Under the pieces are notes generated by a model. The model ran no database searches. It was given only the letters and a program-made list of their open reading frames with translations, and was not told where the DNA came from. Below, in pieces: positions 1-12,028 of a stretch of DNA of 64,000 nt (positions are counted from its first letter, which is position 1; each line of letters begins with the position of its first letter). The stretch is from NCBI GenBank assembly GCA_021613535.1, contig CP075495.1, forward strand, positions 8,308,001 through 8,372,000, in the 5' to 3' direction. The stretch is from Adineta vaga. Lineage: Eukaryota; Animalia; Rotifera. The position numbers were made by a program, and so were the translations under genes.

Positions 1-20
1 TTAGCTAGTAATTTGTTCTA

Positions 21-763
21 TTATTGCAAAGAACATGATTCAGTCTTAGGTGGTTGTTTTCGAGGAGAATTTTCAGTCGATTCTAATTCTGGTTCTTCTA
101 AATCGAAAAACGTCAGAAAATTTCAAAATCTTATCATGATTGCGAATCAAATTCCTCAGATTATAGCGACATTAATCAGTTACGGATCTTACCTATGGGA
201 TATGGTTGCTGTGGTTGGGTTTCTTTGTGAACAGCTTTTTCTTTAGCATAAATAAGATCATCCCAAATAATTTGATCACTTAATTCTGTATGTAATTCCA
301 CCGTAATTGGCTCATTGATATGTTTTAATTCCTTATTCAATTCGTGAACTTTATGTTTCAATCGAGTTAAATCAGCTTCAATAAAATTTTCTGTTTCTTT
401 CAAATTATTCAATTCATAAGAAAATCTTGTAAAATTTTCATTGAGTTTAGTTCGTTTCGAATTCAGTAATTGAGTTACTTGTCGACGAGTTTGTTCAGCA
501 ACGAGTTGTACTTTTTCAATCATCATTTCTTGCCATTCATCAATTTGTAGAAGAAGTGGACTATGTAAGTCATTAGATTTTATTAATCTCTCAATTCTAT
601 CTCGAAGTGTATTGCGATGCGTAATTACACCAGCCATTTCATTAGATAGAGCTTTCCGATGAGTTTTAAAATCTTTCGTACAGAAACAAGTTCCACATCC
701 TGTGCAATAGCTTGTACCAAGTCCTTTGTGACATACCGAGCATCGATTCGTTGTTTTTGTCAT
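21..763 (-). CDS. B-box-like zinc finger + coiled-coil protein (2 coding exons: 763-193, 97-21)
   Basis: CSVCHK..YCTGCGTCFCTKDFKTH zinc-binding motif followed by heptad coiled coil. ATG at 763 follows a TGTAG acceptor. Donor GTAAG at 192 and acceptor TTTAG at 98 give an in-frame last exon ending ...ESCSLQ*. Confidence 0.75.
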
Positions 764-1499
764 CCCTACAAAAGAATATAATAGAACATGTGACAATTTA
801 TCTCATAAATTATACGTTAATCAAGACATATATGAAATGAATTAATTTCAGTTTTACTTACTCGATCAATCGAAAAAAAATTTGTTTTAAAGTATAGAAA
901 TACTTTCACGTACTCGAGAAGAATAATAAATGAATGATGAATTTACATTAGTATTATACTGATCGGACGAACAGAAGCAAAAACAACTCATTTCGATTTT
1001 CTCTTTCTCTCCTTCAAAATTCTTTTGGTTACATGTGATGAAAGTATGAGCATGTCTGCCAAAAGACAACCTATAAATATTAGTGCAATATTGTTAAATG
1101 GCAACACTTCAATTTCGAGGTATGAGAAGCTAGTTATTAAAAAGAAACCATCAATTTTCTTTTTACAAGTGCTTCTTATTATTTGATGTAGGAAAATCAC
1201 ACGAAGCTTATTAACATACGAACGAAAAAACATGCAAGTGAATGAATAAATTACTTTTCTCCTTTAAGGACACACTAAAATCAAGTTTATAAAAAATATA
1301 GTGGACAAATTTCTAATACGTATTTCAATCTATTGATAACAACACATTTTGTTGAAGTGTAAAAGATTGTCAAGTATACATTGAATACTAAAAGAATAGT
1401 ATGATGATGTATTCTTATATTGGACAAAAATTTGATTTCATTTTTGATTCAACATCAAAATAAACAAAATTTTGAAATTCATCGATTTCTATCAGCTAA

Positions 1500-2282
1500 C
1501 TAATCATACTCAAGTAATGTTGTCTTCGATCGTATTACTTTGTTTGATGTGGTGTTATATGGATGATAGCTATGTCGATGATTTGATTTCTTTCGAATAT
1601 TATCTTCTAAATGTGATGGCTCCGGTAAAATGAATTTATCTGTATCATTTGTTGGAGTAGGTTTACATTCAAATTTTAATGTATATTTTGGTGTGATGGT
1701 TGATGGTAAATCAATATGTATTGTTACTTCGTAGGTTTGAAGCTTTTCCTGAATACTATTGAGTTGATACAATAAAGCTTCCATTCGGTTCGGTTGAAAA
1801 TCGATTCTTTAGCAAGTGTTGAAATATCGCTTTTAACGGTTTGTAATTCTAAGCTAATTTGTCTTAAATATTTCTGAAAAGAAGATAACTAAAAGAATGA
1901 ATCAATTCATTACATATCTTAATTCAGTGTTTTGTTTTTCATTTTTAATTCCAATCGTTATCTCCTGATTTATTTCTAATAAATCATTTTGGCATTTTTT
2001 AAGATATTCTTTCACTGTTTGTTTCGACTGAATAAGTTCCTCTTGTACTATGTCTTGTTTCGTTTGCAGTAATTCTTCAAGATCATGTAGTTGTTTTGAA
2101 AGTTGTCCAACATTTTGTGGTAATTCATTAGTGTGAATGTTCATACATTCGGAGCATAATGAACGTGAACAGTGATTACATGTACATGAAGATAAACGTT
2201 CGCGTTGATATCGATTTAAACATAACCAGCAACGTTCAGGTTCTGTCCATGTTCCTAGTGATCTTGCTTGAATTATCCCCAT
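1500..2282 (-). pseudogene. B-box-like/coiled-coil gene with a frameshift in exon 2 (pseudogene, null allele or assembly error)
   Basis: Exon 1 has CWLC...CTCNHCSRSLCSECMNIH. Putative intron 1913-1874. Exon 2 reads KYLRQISLELQTVKSDISTLAKESIFNR and joins the MEALLYQLNSIQEKL ORF (1500-1784) only if the 5-bp tandem duplication at 1785-1794 is removed. Confidence 0.55.
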
Positions 2283-2492
2283 ACGATATATCTTCTCGTT
2301 GTATTAATTCTAAGAAGAAAGTTTTTTTAACATGTTTAATACAAGCGTCTTTTTTCCGTATTCTTTCTTTTTGTTCTAGACTATTGACACGAACACTTCC
2401 TTTATTGTCTGTATGCAGAACACAAACTAATACATATAAATATAAGTAATGACAAAATATAATATATATATAATAGGTCTTGATAAAATCAA

Positions 2493-2638
2493 TACAAAAC
2501 TTGAATTTACATAGTTTTATTGTACTAGTTTTCTAATAATACTGATGATGGCACTTGATGTGCTGGAAGCTCTAATTCATTTCAATTTATTGTTATTATA
2601 AAACTAGTACAATAAACTATGTAAATTCAAGTTTTGTA
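2493..2638. mobile_element. Short foldback/MITE-like element with ~48-bp terminal inverted repeats
   Basis: TACAAAACTTGAATTTACATAGTTTTATTGTACTAGTTTT (from 2493) is the near-perfect reverse complement of AAAACTAGTACAATAAACTATGTAAATTCAAGTTTTGTA (ending 2638). Short internal spacer; TA at both ends. Confidence 0.65.
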
Positions 2639-3125
2639 AATATAAGTATGTCAATAATTATAATACATAATACATAATAAAAGATAAGATTATGTGAAGC
2701 CGTTTTCATTCATTAACTAATCATTTTTCATATTTCTATATCATAACTGTTACCTAGAATATCTCATTAATAAATTCATTTTTGTATTAACTATAAATAT
2801 ATCTTGCAGAAGTTCATATTCCAAGCATCTCTGACAAATTATTATTACATAAGGAATTTTCATTGTCGTAAGTGAGTAAAACTCTCCGCACGGGTTGAAA
2901 ATTTTCGAATTCCTACCAAATAATGAAAGAACCACATTTCGTCCTTTCTTCAATTTGTTTTTCGTTCGTTCGAGGAAAATGATGATTCATACGTCATTGC
3001 AATAACCACTAATCGTATCGTATTTTGTTTTCCTTATTATCTGTTAAACAAGTTGTCTTTATCATACTTGTTATAAAACGCAAGTTAAATTTTACTAGAT
3101 TAATTCATTCTCTTATTGTGAAATC

Positions 3126-4649
3126 ATGCATGCTAGTCAGAAATTTCAAGGTGCTAAACCACCTCGGTAATAAATGAATTAATTTTAATAGAAATTTGAT
3201 TTTCAACTGTTTTTATTCAGTATTCCAACTCGATCAGGTCTTGTTCAACAACCAACACAAGTTGCGCCCGTAAAACGTTTGGCAAGTAACACGCCTGTAA
3301 CTAAAAATAGAGCTTCAACAATGGTCAAATCTCAATGTTTGTTTCAATTTCTAATTAAATAATTACTCTTTATTATCATTTGACTTATTTCATTCCAGCG
3401 GCATACAATCTTCCACGAGCATCTACGGCAACAGTTACTGCTCCGATTGTTTCACAGATGAAAAAAGTTTGTTGAAAATCAAAAATGGATATAGCTATAA
3501 ATATTTCTCTTCTGTTTAAGTCAATTAGCGAACAAGATCTTGTTAATGTTGTAGCTCGAACACAAAAATCTCGATTTGGATTTGTAAAGAAACCTGGTGA
3601 ATTGGCTGGTTAGTAAACAAACTTGAATCGAACATTTCTATTTGATATTTTTTCAGTTCTTCGAGAAGATGGTCAACATATCTCACCAGCTAAACCAGTT
3701 GCTTCATCACGTGTTAGTGGCGCATGGAAAAAGGTTCGTATGGTGATGAGTAGAAGAATAGAGGAAAATATAGATTGTTGAGATTTTTTCTAGAATGGTG
3801 ATGATCTTGCTGATGAACGTGATCGACGTGAACTTCTTCTTGCTCAAAATGAACTTTTACAAATCGTCTTTACCAATCAATTATTTAATGAAATAATTCA
3901 ATCAAATCGACAGATGCAAACCGTATGAAAAAATGAATAAAACGAACATGTCATTTTTTGATAGAAAAAAAGAAACATTTTTAGGCACGCTTTGGTAAAT
4001 TACATCGTATTGCTTATAGAATTATCAATGATATTAATAATTTACAAGAAACAAGAAAGAAAGCTGTAGTTGATAAAATCGTTGGAAATATGATTAAAAC
4101 TTTGGTTTGTTATTTTTTCAAATTTATTCATTCTGCATCAACTAAATTATTGTAGGGTGAAACATTGAGTAAAATTGTTCGTTTATTTAATGATTATGAT
4201 CAAAAACAACAAACACTTGATATTTGTCTTTCAAGTAAACTTGATCGATTAAATATTCAAGGTGTATCGAATGATATTACAGATGACAATAAAGGTTTTG
4301 TATGATTAATAGTTTGAAATCATTAATTTGATTCTGCCATATTTTCTAGAAAATTGGACTCGTCAATGTGATCAATTGATTGAATTAATTGAAGCAAATG
4401 ATCTAGCACAAATGAATACAACAGATTTAGAAACATATTCAAAATTAATTCGTGAACTTGATTCAGCCATTGCTTCATTTAAACGAACAATTGCTAAGTA
4501 GGAAACACTATTGATTGTACATGAAATCTTATCTAATTGAGGTTTTTCTTTTTCTTTGTAGTCAAAAACATGTCGTATCTGCTAGTGAAAAAGCGATGTT
4601 AGAAGTATGTGTTCGACTTATTGATCAATATAACAATAACAAAAAATGA
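3126..4649 (+). CDS. 10-exon gene, probable HAUS8/augmin subunit 8 (QWRF-like) protein; absent from ORF track
   Basis: Nine GT-AG introns splice to one open frame MHASQKFQGAKPPRIPTRSG...LIDQYNNNKK*. Basic S/T/P-rich N-terminus, then a helical region ELLLAQNELLQIVFTN...LSSKLDRLNIQGV that resembles the HAUS8/QWRF core. Gene structure is well supported; family call is from memory. Confidence 0.7.
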
Positions 4650-4855
4650 AAATTTATTTCTTCTTATTCAATTGTGAACATTAAATCGATTTTTTTTCTG
4701 TCAAATAATATTTGTCATTAATTTACGTCATATGAAAAAAAAGAACATATCAAATCGAAACTATTTTGCAAATGATAGAGTCTTTAAATATCATAGTACA
4801 TGGATTTTGTCTCTCTTACCTACCTAGACTTCGTTTAATCATAAAACAGTACGGG

Positions 4856-4868
4856 AGCGCCATCTGTG
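4856..4868 (+). promoter_or_regulatory. AGCGCCATCTGTG motif (CTCF/YY1-like core) upstream of the ZNF511-RPS12 cluster
   Basis: GC-rich motif in AT-rich DNA ~210 bp upstream of ATG 5081; variants recur upstream of other housekeeping genes in the window. Confidence 0.4.
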
Positions 4869-5080
4869 TAATTAAATTAATTTCATTTTCAGAATTTCAT
4901 TTATTATATTCTTAAACTCTTATGTTTTGTCAATTGTATATAACTGAAACTAATCTCAAATGTAATAATCACTAATTGTATAAAATGTGATTGAAAGAGG
5001 AGTTCATAATTAGTGGATTTTATCCATGAATAATACAGCTGCCGTTGATTATATTTATTTCCATATTTCGTTGAATAGAA

Positions 5081-5602
5081 ATGGAAATCAATCCTAGTAT
5101 AAGTTCGAAACGTCTTCGTACCGAAGATTCTTCGATGAATTCTCATTCTTTTTTATCCGATGATCTTCTACTTTGTCCATTTTGTACATTTAATACGATT
5201 TCACAAGTTGATTTTGATTTTCATAATCATATTCATCATCAACATTTATGTTCACAATGTTTACATATATTTCCCAGTTATTTTCTTCTTGAACTTCATA
5301 TGGATGAAGTACATAATACCTATACTGCTATTCAAACCTATCGTTGTTTGATTGAAACATGTTCAACCAATTTTTCAAGTATGGATCAACGTTTACAACA
5401 TATGCATACTGAACATCATACAAAAAATCAGTCAATCAATCATATCTATTCTTTATTTTCCAATCAACAACTAAATGAAACGAAAACTACTAAACAAGAA
5501 AACAAATTTGGTTGTGATAGTCAGAAAACTTTTATACGAAATTCACGTTTAAAACCACGCGAAGATCTTTTTTCACATTGGGATGGTGATGATAATCAAT
5601 AG
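5081..5602 (+). CDS. ZNF511: ZNF511-like C2H2 zinc finger protein
   Basis: Three C2H2 fingers including [22 protein letters not shown] and [21 protein letters not shown], plus a C-terminal FG..SQKTF motif typical of ZNF511; intronless ORF. Confidence 0.75.
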   Translation: MEINPSISSKRLRTEDSSMNSHSFLSDDLLLCPFCTFNTISQVDFDFHNHIHHQHLCSQCLHIFPSYFLLELHMDEVHNTYTAIQTYRCLIETCSTNFSSMDQRLQHMHTEHHTKNQSINHIYSLFSNQQLNETKTTKQENKFGCDSQKTFIRNSRLKPREDLFSHWDGDDNQ

Positions 5603-5660
5603 TAATAATAATAGTAGATGTTCTTTTCTTTCTAGATTTTTAAACGTTATCCATATCAAC

Positions 5661-6074
5661 ATGTCGGACGTCGAGATGGACGAGACGCCACGCGGCTCGG
5701 ATGAAGTCGACTTGAATAAGTCGCTACAAGAAGTTCTTAAATCAGCTGCACGTAATGACGGTCTTGCACGTGGTTTACGCGAATCTGTCAAAGCTTTAGA
5801 TCGACGTGAAGCACATCTTTGTGTTTTAGCATCCAATTGTGACGAAGCAAATTACGTCAAATTAATCGAAGCATTATGTGCTGAACATACCATCAATTTA
5901 TTACGTGTTGATGATAATAAAAAACTTGGTGAATGGGCTGGTTTATGCAAATTAGACAAAGATGGCAAGGCACGAAAAGTTGTTCGTTGTAGTTGCTGTG
6001 TTGTTCGTGATTTTGGTGATGAAACACAAGCTCATGATCAATTATTGGAATATATGAAGAAAACCAAACAATAA
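5661..6074 (+). CDS. RPS12: 40S ribosomal protein S12 (eS12)
   Basis: MSDVE...[52 protein letters not shown]...[27 protein letters not shown]; the true start is ATG 5661 after the TTTCTAG acceptor at 5636. Confidence 0.97.
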   Translation: MSDVEMDETPRGSDEVDLNKSLQEVLKSAARNDGLARGLRESVKALDRREAHLCVLASNCDEANYVKLIEALCAEHTINLLRVDDNKKLGEWAGLCKLDKDGKARKVVRCSCCVVRDFGDETQAHDQLLEYMKKTKQ

Positions 6075-6524
6075 GCAGAGAGACAAACAACAAACATATA
6101 TATATTCACAAGATCAGATGCTTTTTGTTTTGAAAATTGGTTGCTTTTAACCAATAATTATTTTACATCAATAAAATAAAAAGAAGAAAATAACTCGAAT
6201 GATAGAATTTCGATAAAACTTATTAGATATTAATCCTTGATTATCTGTAATGCTTAGTATCAATGTAAAAGTTTTATTCAGTTGAGATTGCTTAGTTCAA
6301 ACTACATATTTGCAATAGATCTGAACATAGAATTTTCTCAGACTTCTGTTTTATTTGTTGTTTATGTAAATGTATTGTTTTTTCGCTTTACTCTTTATAG
6401 CCATACATCTGAAGTTCAAGAAAAAAGAAAACTAAAAAATTCAATCCATAACAAATAACAAAAACAAATGTAAAAAAGATGCAAGAAACAACACTAATAA
6501 TAACACTGTATGGATTACTGTGTT

Positions 6525-7938
6525 CTATGGTGTAGGAATAACAACGGAACTTTGTTGAATTTCTTCTAATATACTATCGGCACCTAATTGCATCAATTTA
6601 ACAGCAAGATTAGTACCGCATAATTCCGCATTTTCTAATAATGTTTCATTAATATTGACTCCACATACATGAGCATAATGACGAAGTAAAGGTATAACGT
6701 CAGTTTCTGTTAACGTTGCTGTCGTTGTTATTGATGGAATTGTCGCTGAAGTCGTTGATGATGGTGGTGTAGGTGGCTGTTGTACGGGCGGAGGAATTAA
6801 AACAGAATCAATATCAGATTCTGTACGTTTTCGTTTTAAATTTCTTTGATTTGAAGATCTATTTGTTAATTGTGTTTCATCCTCAATTGATAAAAGTTCA
6901 TCATCAGAATTTGACACAAAAAATGTTGTAGCATGTTTTGTTGTTGTCATTGGAACAGTTAAATCCAAATTTTCCACATGATCTTTAACGAAACGTGAAC
7001 CATCAAGATTCAATAACATACCGTCCATCACCAATCCTTTCTCATTATATATAGTACGTACGGCATTTGGAATACTACAACCACCACCAACTAATAAAAA
7101 AAGAAATCTAAGAAAAATTTCGATCAAATTGAAGAAATTACTTCGTCTTAGAAATGCACGTTCAGCAATACAACGAATCACTGTTGGTTCATGATTTAAT
7201 ACAGATAACATTCGAATTGTATCAATATCATTATGTCGACATTCAATACCCAATGCACCTTGTCCAATAGCATAAAGAACTCGATCGGGTTCTATGATTT
7301 CACTAATTCTATCGTTCCATTTTAATCGTTGTAAACCAGCAACAGCTGCAATCATAGCATCATATCCAAGTTCTCGATTATTTAATTTTTCCCAACGTGT
7401 ATTCATATTTCCGCGTATATTCTTATAAATAAATTGAGGATAATTTAATTTTAATTGTGCAATACGACGTGTTGAACTTGTACCAATTACACTTCCATGT
7501 GGTAATTCATTCAAAGAATTTTTCTTATGCCATGGAGCAATAACAACAGCATCACGAGGATCAGCACGTTCGAGTATAGCACCTATAATCATATTCGGTG
7601 GTAAAACAGTTGATGGAACATCTTTTAATGAATGAACAACAAAATCGATATTGTTTCGATCAAGTTCAACTTCCAGTTCTTTTGTAAATAAACCTTTATC
7701 ACCAATATTAGCTAGTGGATCTAGTAGATTTTTATCTCCTATTGTTTTAATTTTAATTACTTCATATTCAATATCTGGATAAAATTTATGAAGTTGGTAA
7801 ATAACGCTAACAAATGAAAACACCAAGAAATTGAATACAAAATCAATTGATATTACTATACCTTTCAGTTTGCACAAGTGCCAATTCACTTTGTCGAGTG
7901 CCAATTTTATATTTCGATCTTAATGGCACATACTGCAT
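6525..7938 (-). CDS. HMBS: Porphobilinogen deaminase / hydroxymethylbilane synthase (3 coding exons)
   Basis: Exon 1 MQYVPLRSKYKIGTRQSELALVQTE; motifs GDKGLFTKELE, VVHSLKDVP, GTSSTRR, IRGN, GQGALGIEC, GGGCSIP (cofactor Cys). Introns at about 7860-7808 and 7142-7091. Confidence 0.95.
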
Positions 7939-10232
7939 AATAATTAATTTATTTGAATATCTATTTTCTAAGTTTTGAGATTCTCTATCTAAAAGAATAA
8001 CATTATACAATAATTTCTTATTTGTACTGTGTGACGATTATTTCGATCTACGTCTCAATAGATCATGTACTTACTGAAGAAAGAATATACATTATAATAT
8101 GAAGACTAACAATCTTTCTTCATAGATAAAAAGAAAAGAGGTATGGAGTTCAAATATATATCTCTGTCATGAATAGAAATAAATTTCTTATATCTAGGCA
8201 TTTGTACTGACATAGAATATTTTTCACAAGTAAAACGTAGTATCTGATATATATATATATATGAAAGTTGACAGGATAGGTTTTTTTGTTTCTTTCGTGA
8301 TTAAATCACGTAGACATGTATAAAAAATCTGTTTTGAAGCATCAAATGACGATGATAAGAAAAAAGAATGTGAAAGAAAACGAAAAGAATTAGTTATCTA
8401 CCCACGATTTTCTCTCTATAACATTGATGATATCATTTCGAGAATCTTTTTGGCATGCTCTACTAAACAAAAAAAGATTAGATGAAAGATGATTGAGGAA
8501 TGACAAAAAAATACATAGATATATAAAGAAAGAAATTTTCAATGTTTGAATTCGTAGAATATGTCGATAAACGATATTTTCATCATACCAGCACGTTGTA
8601 TTTCTTTTTATCATCAATCGGTTGATCTATATATGGAATGGAATGAATGGTCTCAGCATGATATAGTGAGTCATCACCATGTTTCTCTAGCTAGCCAGGT
8701 CAGTCGAACAATCTTCTTTCTATACCAATGAATAAGGATTAGTTCTAGTTATGTAATAAAGCGGCACCATCATTCTAATATTACGAAGGATGTCGCCACA
8801 CATAGGAAAACAAGGGACTTAGATGAATAAAATACTGTATAGAGATAATAAGATAAGTAGATTTTATTTTCATTAGCATATTTTATGACAATGTATAAAA
8901 AGACAGGCCTGAAGTCACTATTATATATCTTCTCATGAAAATTAAAGTTTACTTCCGTTCATGTTGCATCTTCAATGCTAATCTTATCTGCTCATCACTA
9001 CAGGTGATGTTGTCTTGATTAAATTTTATTTCTGTTTTCAAACTATCTTATCTATGAGGTAGAATTCAAAAAATATTCATGTAATCCATTGAATCTTATA
9101 GAAATATGACACAGACTATAAATACATTCTTTGATACGTATATTTACATAAGTTTTCTCTGGATTTTAAATAATAACTTTCAATTATTGACTCTTCATGT
9201 TTTCTGACAAAATTTCGATGGTAACAAATTGATACTATTATTATAAGAAAATGAAAATGATTAATATAATTATCCATATCATTGTTATAGATACTTTCAT
9301 TTGTACAACTTCAATTAAGATTGTTTTGCTCATATGAAACAAAAAAGTATTTGAAAAAAAGAACTTGAGATAGAAAAATTACAATACATAAATAAGTTAA
9401 CTTGTCATCGACTATTGTATGCTTTTATAATAAATGTTAAGTTAGCTTTCAACTTACATCCGGTTTCCTAGCATGAACATGTTCACACTCGCACGAGAGA
9501 GCAATTGAATCGTTTAAATAGGCGAATCAGATTAACAGTAGTTGTAGTAGAAAGTAGTGTATTCATCACACAGGAAGTCAATAGAGAGTGAGCCTCAAGC
9601 TGTAACATGCACGACACATATACACATATATAGACATGTTTTCCTTGTATTTCCACTTCATTTGTGATAGTGCTGGTATATTATTGCACACATACGTTTG
9701 TCACGGAAACTAGCATAGGTTAACTTCCGAATGAAAACTTGTTGCATTTGATTTAAAAAGCCGCTCACTAGAAGAATTCATGCACGAAAAGTAAGCAGAT
9801 GTTATTCTTCTTTTCCACTCTTCATCATCCTAGAGAAACAATGTTCGTTTCTTTCTAATGTTTCTCTTTCTTCCATACTAGAGAGAAAGTGAGTGAGTGC
9901 GTGTGTCTCTGTATGTAAAGAAAAAAAAACACATCGATATATACACATATCCAAGTAACGGATATTCGAATTACGCTCGATGTCATCACTTCCTCACTGC
10001 ATGTCGATTAGTCTCTCCATTTTCTTCTAAGTGGAATACATTCTTTTGCTTCTCATTGATCCCTATTGGGTGTTGAAAAAAACTTTCTCATTTTCATTGG
10101 TCTATTTAACGAGAAAATAAGCGAGCGAGAGAAAGAGAAGAGCAGAATATTTAGCTTGTTTTCCGGCAGACGATTAGAGTTTTTTTAATTCGCAGTTTTC
10201 ATGTGTTAATCAACATCGATTAATATATTCAA

Positions 10233-11330
10233 ATGAAGAATTTTTCTGTACAATATTTACTCTCTCATACGGAAGACAAAAAAGATGTTATACCATCCGT
10301 TATAACAACAGCACTACCAACATCAAATACACCAAATGTTAGTTCGTCCGATGATATTGGTAAGATATGATAGTATTCGAAAATTGAAGACAAATCGTTT
10401 CTTTTATCTTTTTTTTCAGAAGATGATAATCGTTCATCTGTTTCATCATCATTTTATGATTCATCGAATGATGAAGATGATGAACAACAAGTATCAAATC
10501 GAACTCTTGCCGATAGTGGAACAACATCCGAAGATAGTCAAACATCGAAATATCTTAATCAAGAACGAAACAACAATACTAATACTAATACTAATCATCG
10601 TCATCATGAAACATCAAAACGACGTAAACGACGAGTTCTATTTACTAAACAACAAACATTTGAATTGGAAAGACGTTTTCGACAACAACGATATCTTTCT
10701 GGTAAAAAAAAATCGTTTCTTTCTTTTTCAAATGATCATATCGATCTTTTTCTTCTATTAGCACCAGAACGAGAACATTTAGCAAGTGCAATTAATCTTT
10801 CTGCTACTCAAGTTAAAATTTGGTTTCAAAATCGTAAGTTTTGTTTTTTCATCAATGACTAAGTAATCGAAAATGCTACTTTTTTTAAAGATCGTTATAA
10901 AATGAAACGTTCACGATTGGACAATAGTATGTTGAAAACCATTTCATCGATTTATAATTCTAGTATTTACTTATGATCTTTTCTTCAAATTTTAGATCTA
11001 ATTGATACATCAATGTCTTCACCTCGACGTGTAGCAGTCCCAGTGCTTATTCGAAATGGTAGACCATGTCATCAACAGCGTTTTCCTCTCCCGTCATCAT
11101 CTTCAACAGCCGTTTCAACTCAACACCTTCACGGTCAACCATCAGCAAACAGTAACAACTCATTAGTTGTAACATCATCATCATCATCATCGTCATGCAA
11201 GAATGATACTCCTTCTAATATACTATTTAATGACAGACAACATCTGAAATGTGACAATATTGATCTATTCCAACAGTTTCTTCTTTCGCAATGGGCACTT
11301 TCGAAAAAATTATTTTTTCCAACAACTTAA
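10233..11330 (+). CDS. NKX2-2: NK2-class homeobox transcription factor, Nkx2-2/vnd-like (5 exons)
   Basis: N-terminal TN/eh1 motif [10 protein letters not shown]; spliced homeodomain [58 protein letters not shown] (Tyr54); NK2-specific domain [17 protein letters not shown]. Confidence 0.92.
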
Positions 11331-12028
11331 TCAATATCAAGCAATGAAGAAGTAAAACAATTGATCAAGTTTTATCATAAAAAATATCTTCTCTTGTTTT
11401 TTCTTCTCTTTTCTTTTTCGTTTGCGTTTTATTCGAAAATTTTATATTATTATTATTATTACTATTATTATGATTAATCAAAAAACAAAAATTTATTATT
11501 TCATCATTCAATAAAAAAAGAAAAGAAAAGCGTTAGTATTTAGCTTCTTACATCACAAGATATAAACTTTAGTTTTCCAAAATTTACTGCTTGAAAAGTC
11601 TTCTATGTATCTTTCTCTATAGTCGAACTTCAAGTTCATTTTGAGAAATGAAACACATCGGAAAATACATTGTCGGTCGTTGACTGTTAGATTTAATTGC
11701 TATGAAAAAGTTAAATCGTTACAATTTTAAAAGATATATAAACTATAAAGTAAAAATTATCGTATTAGTTAGTCTTGAATACTTCTATTCATACTTCCTA
11801 TCATGCAAAGATAAAATAAATTAAGTCTTTATAATTAATATAGATGCCATTTCCGATTTATAAGCATAATATGATGTGTATAAGAATAAGTTAATTCTTT
11901 TTTTATTAGAAAAAAGTTTGAATGTTATATTGTTATTGCGCTTCTCAGATCGATTATATTTTGATTTTGACTTTCTTAACAACATAACAATAGATCTTAA
12001 AGAAATGACTGTGCTGTGTTTTCTTTTT

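Noticed and set aside
5583-5660. N-terminal extension of RPS12 overlapping ZNF511 (ORF 5583-6074)
   Set aside because: The conserved eS12 sequence starts at ATG 5661; the extension is low-complexity and spans a polypyrimidine/AG acceptor.
5573-5836. Antisense ORF over RPS12
   Set aside because: Shadow of RPS12 codon usage; no independent motif or splice support.
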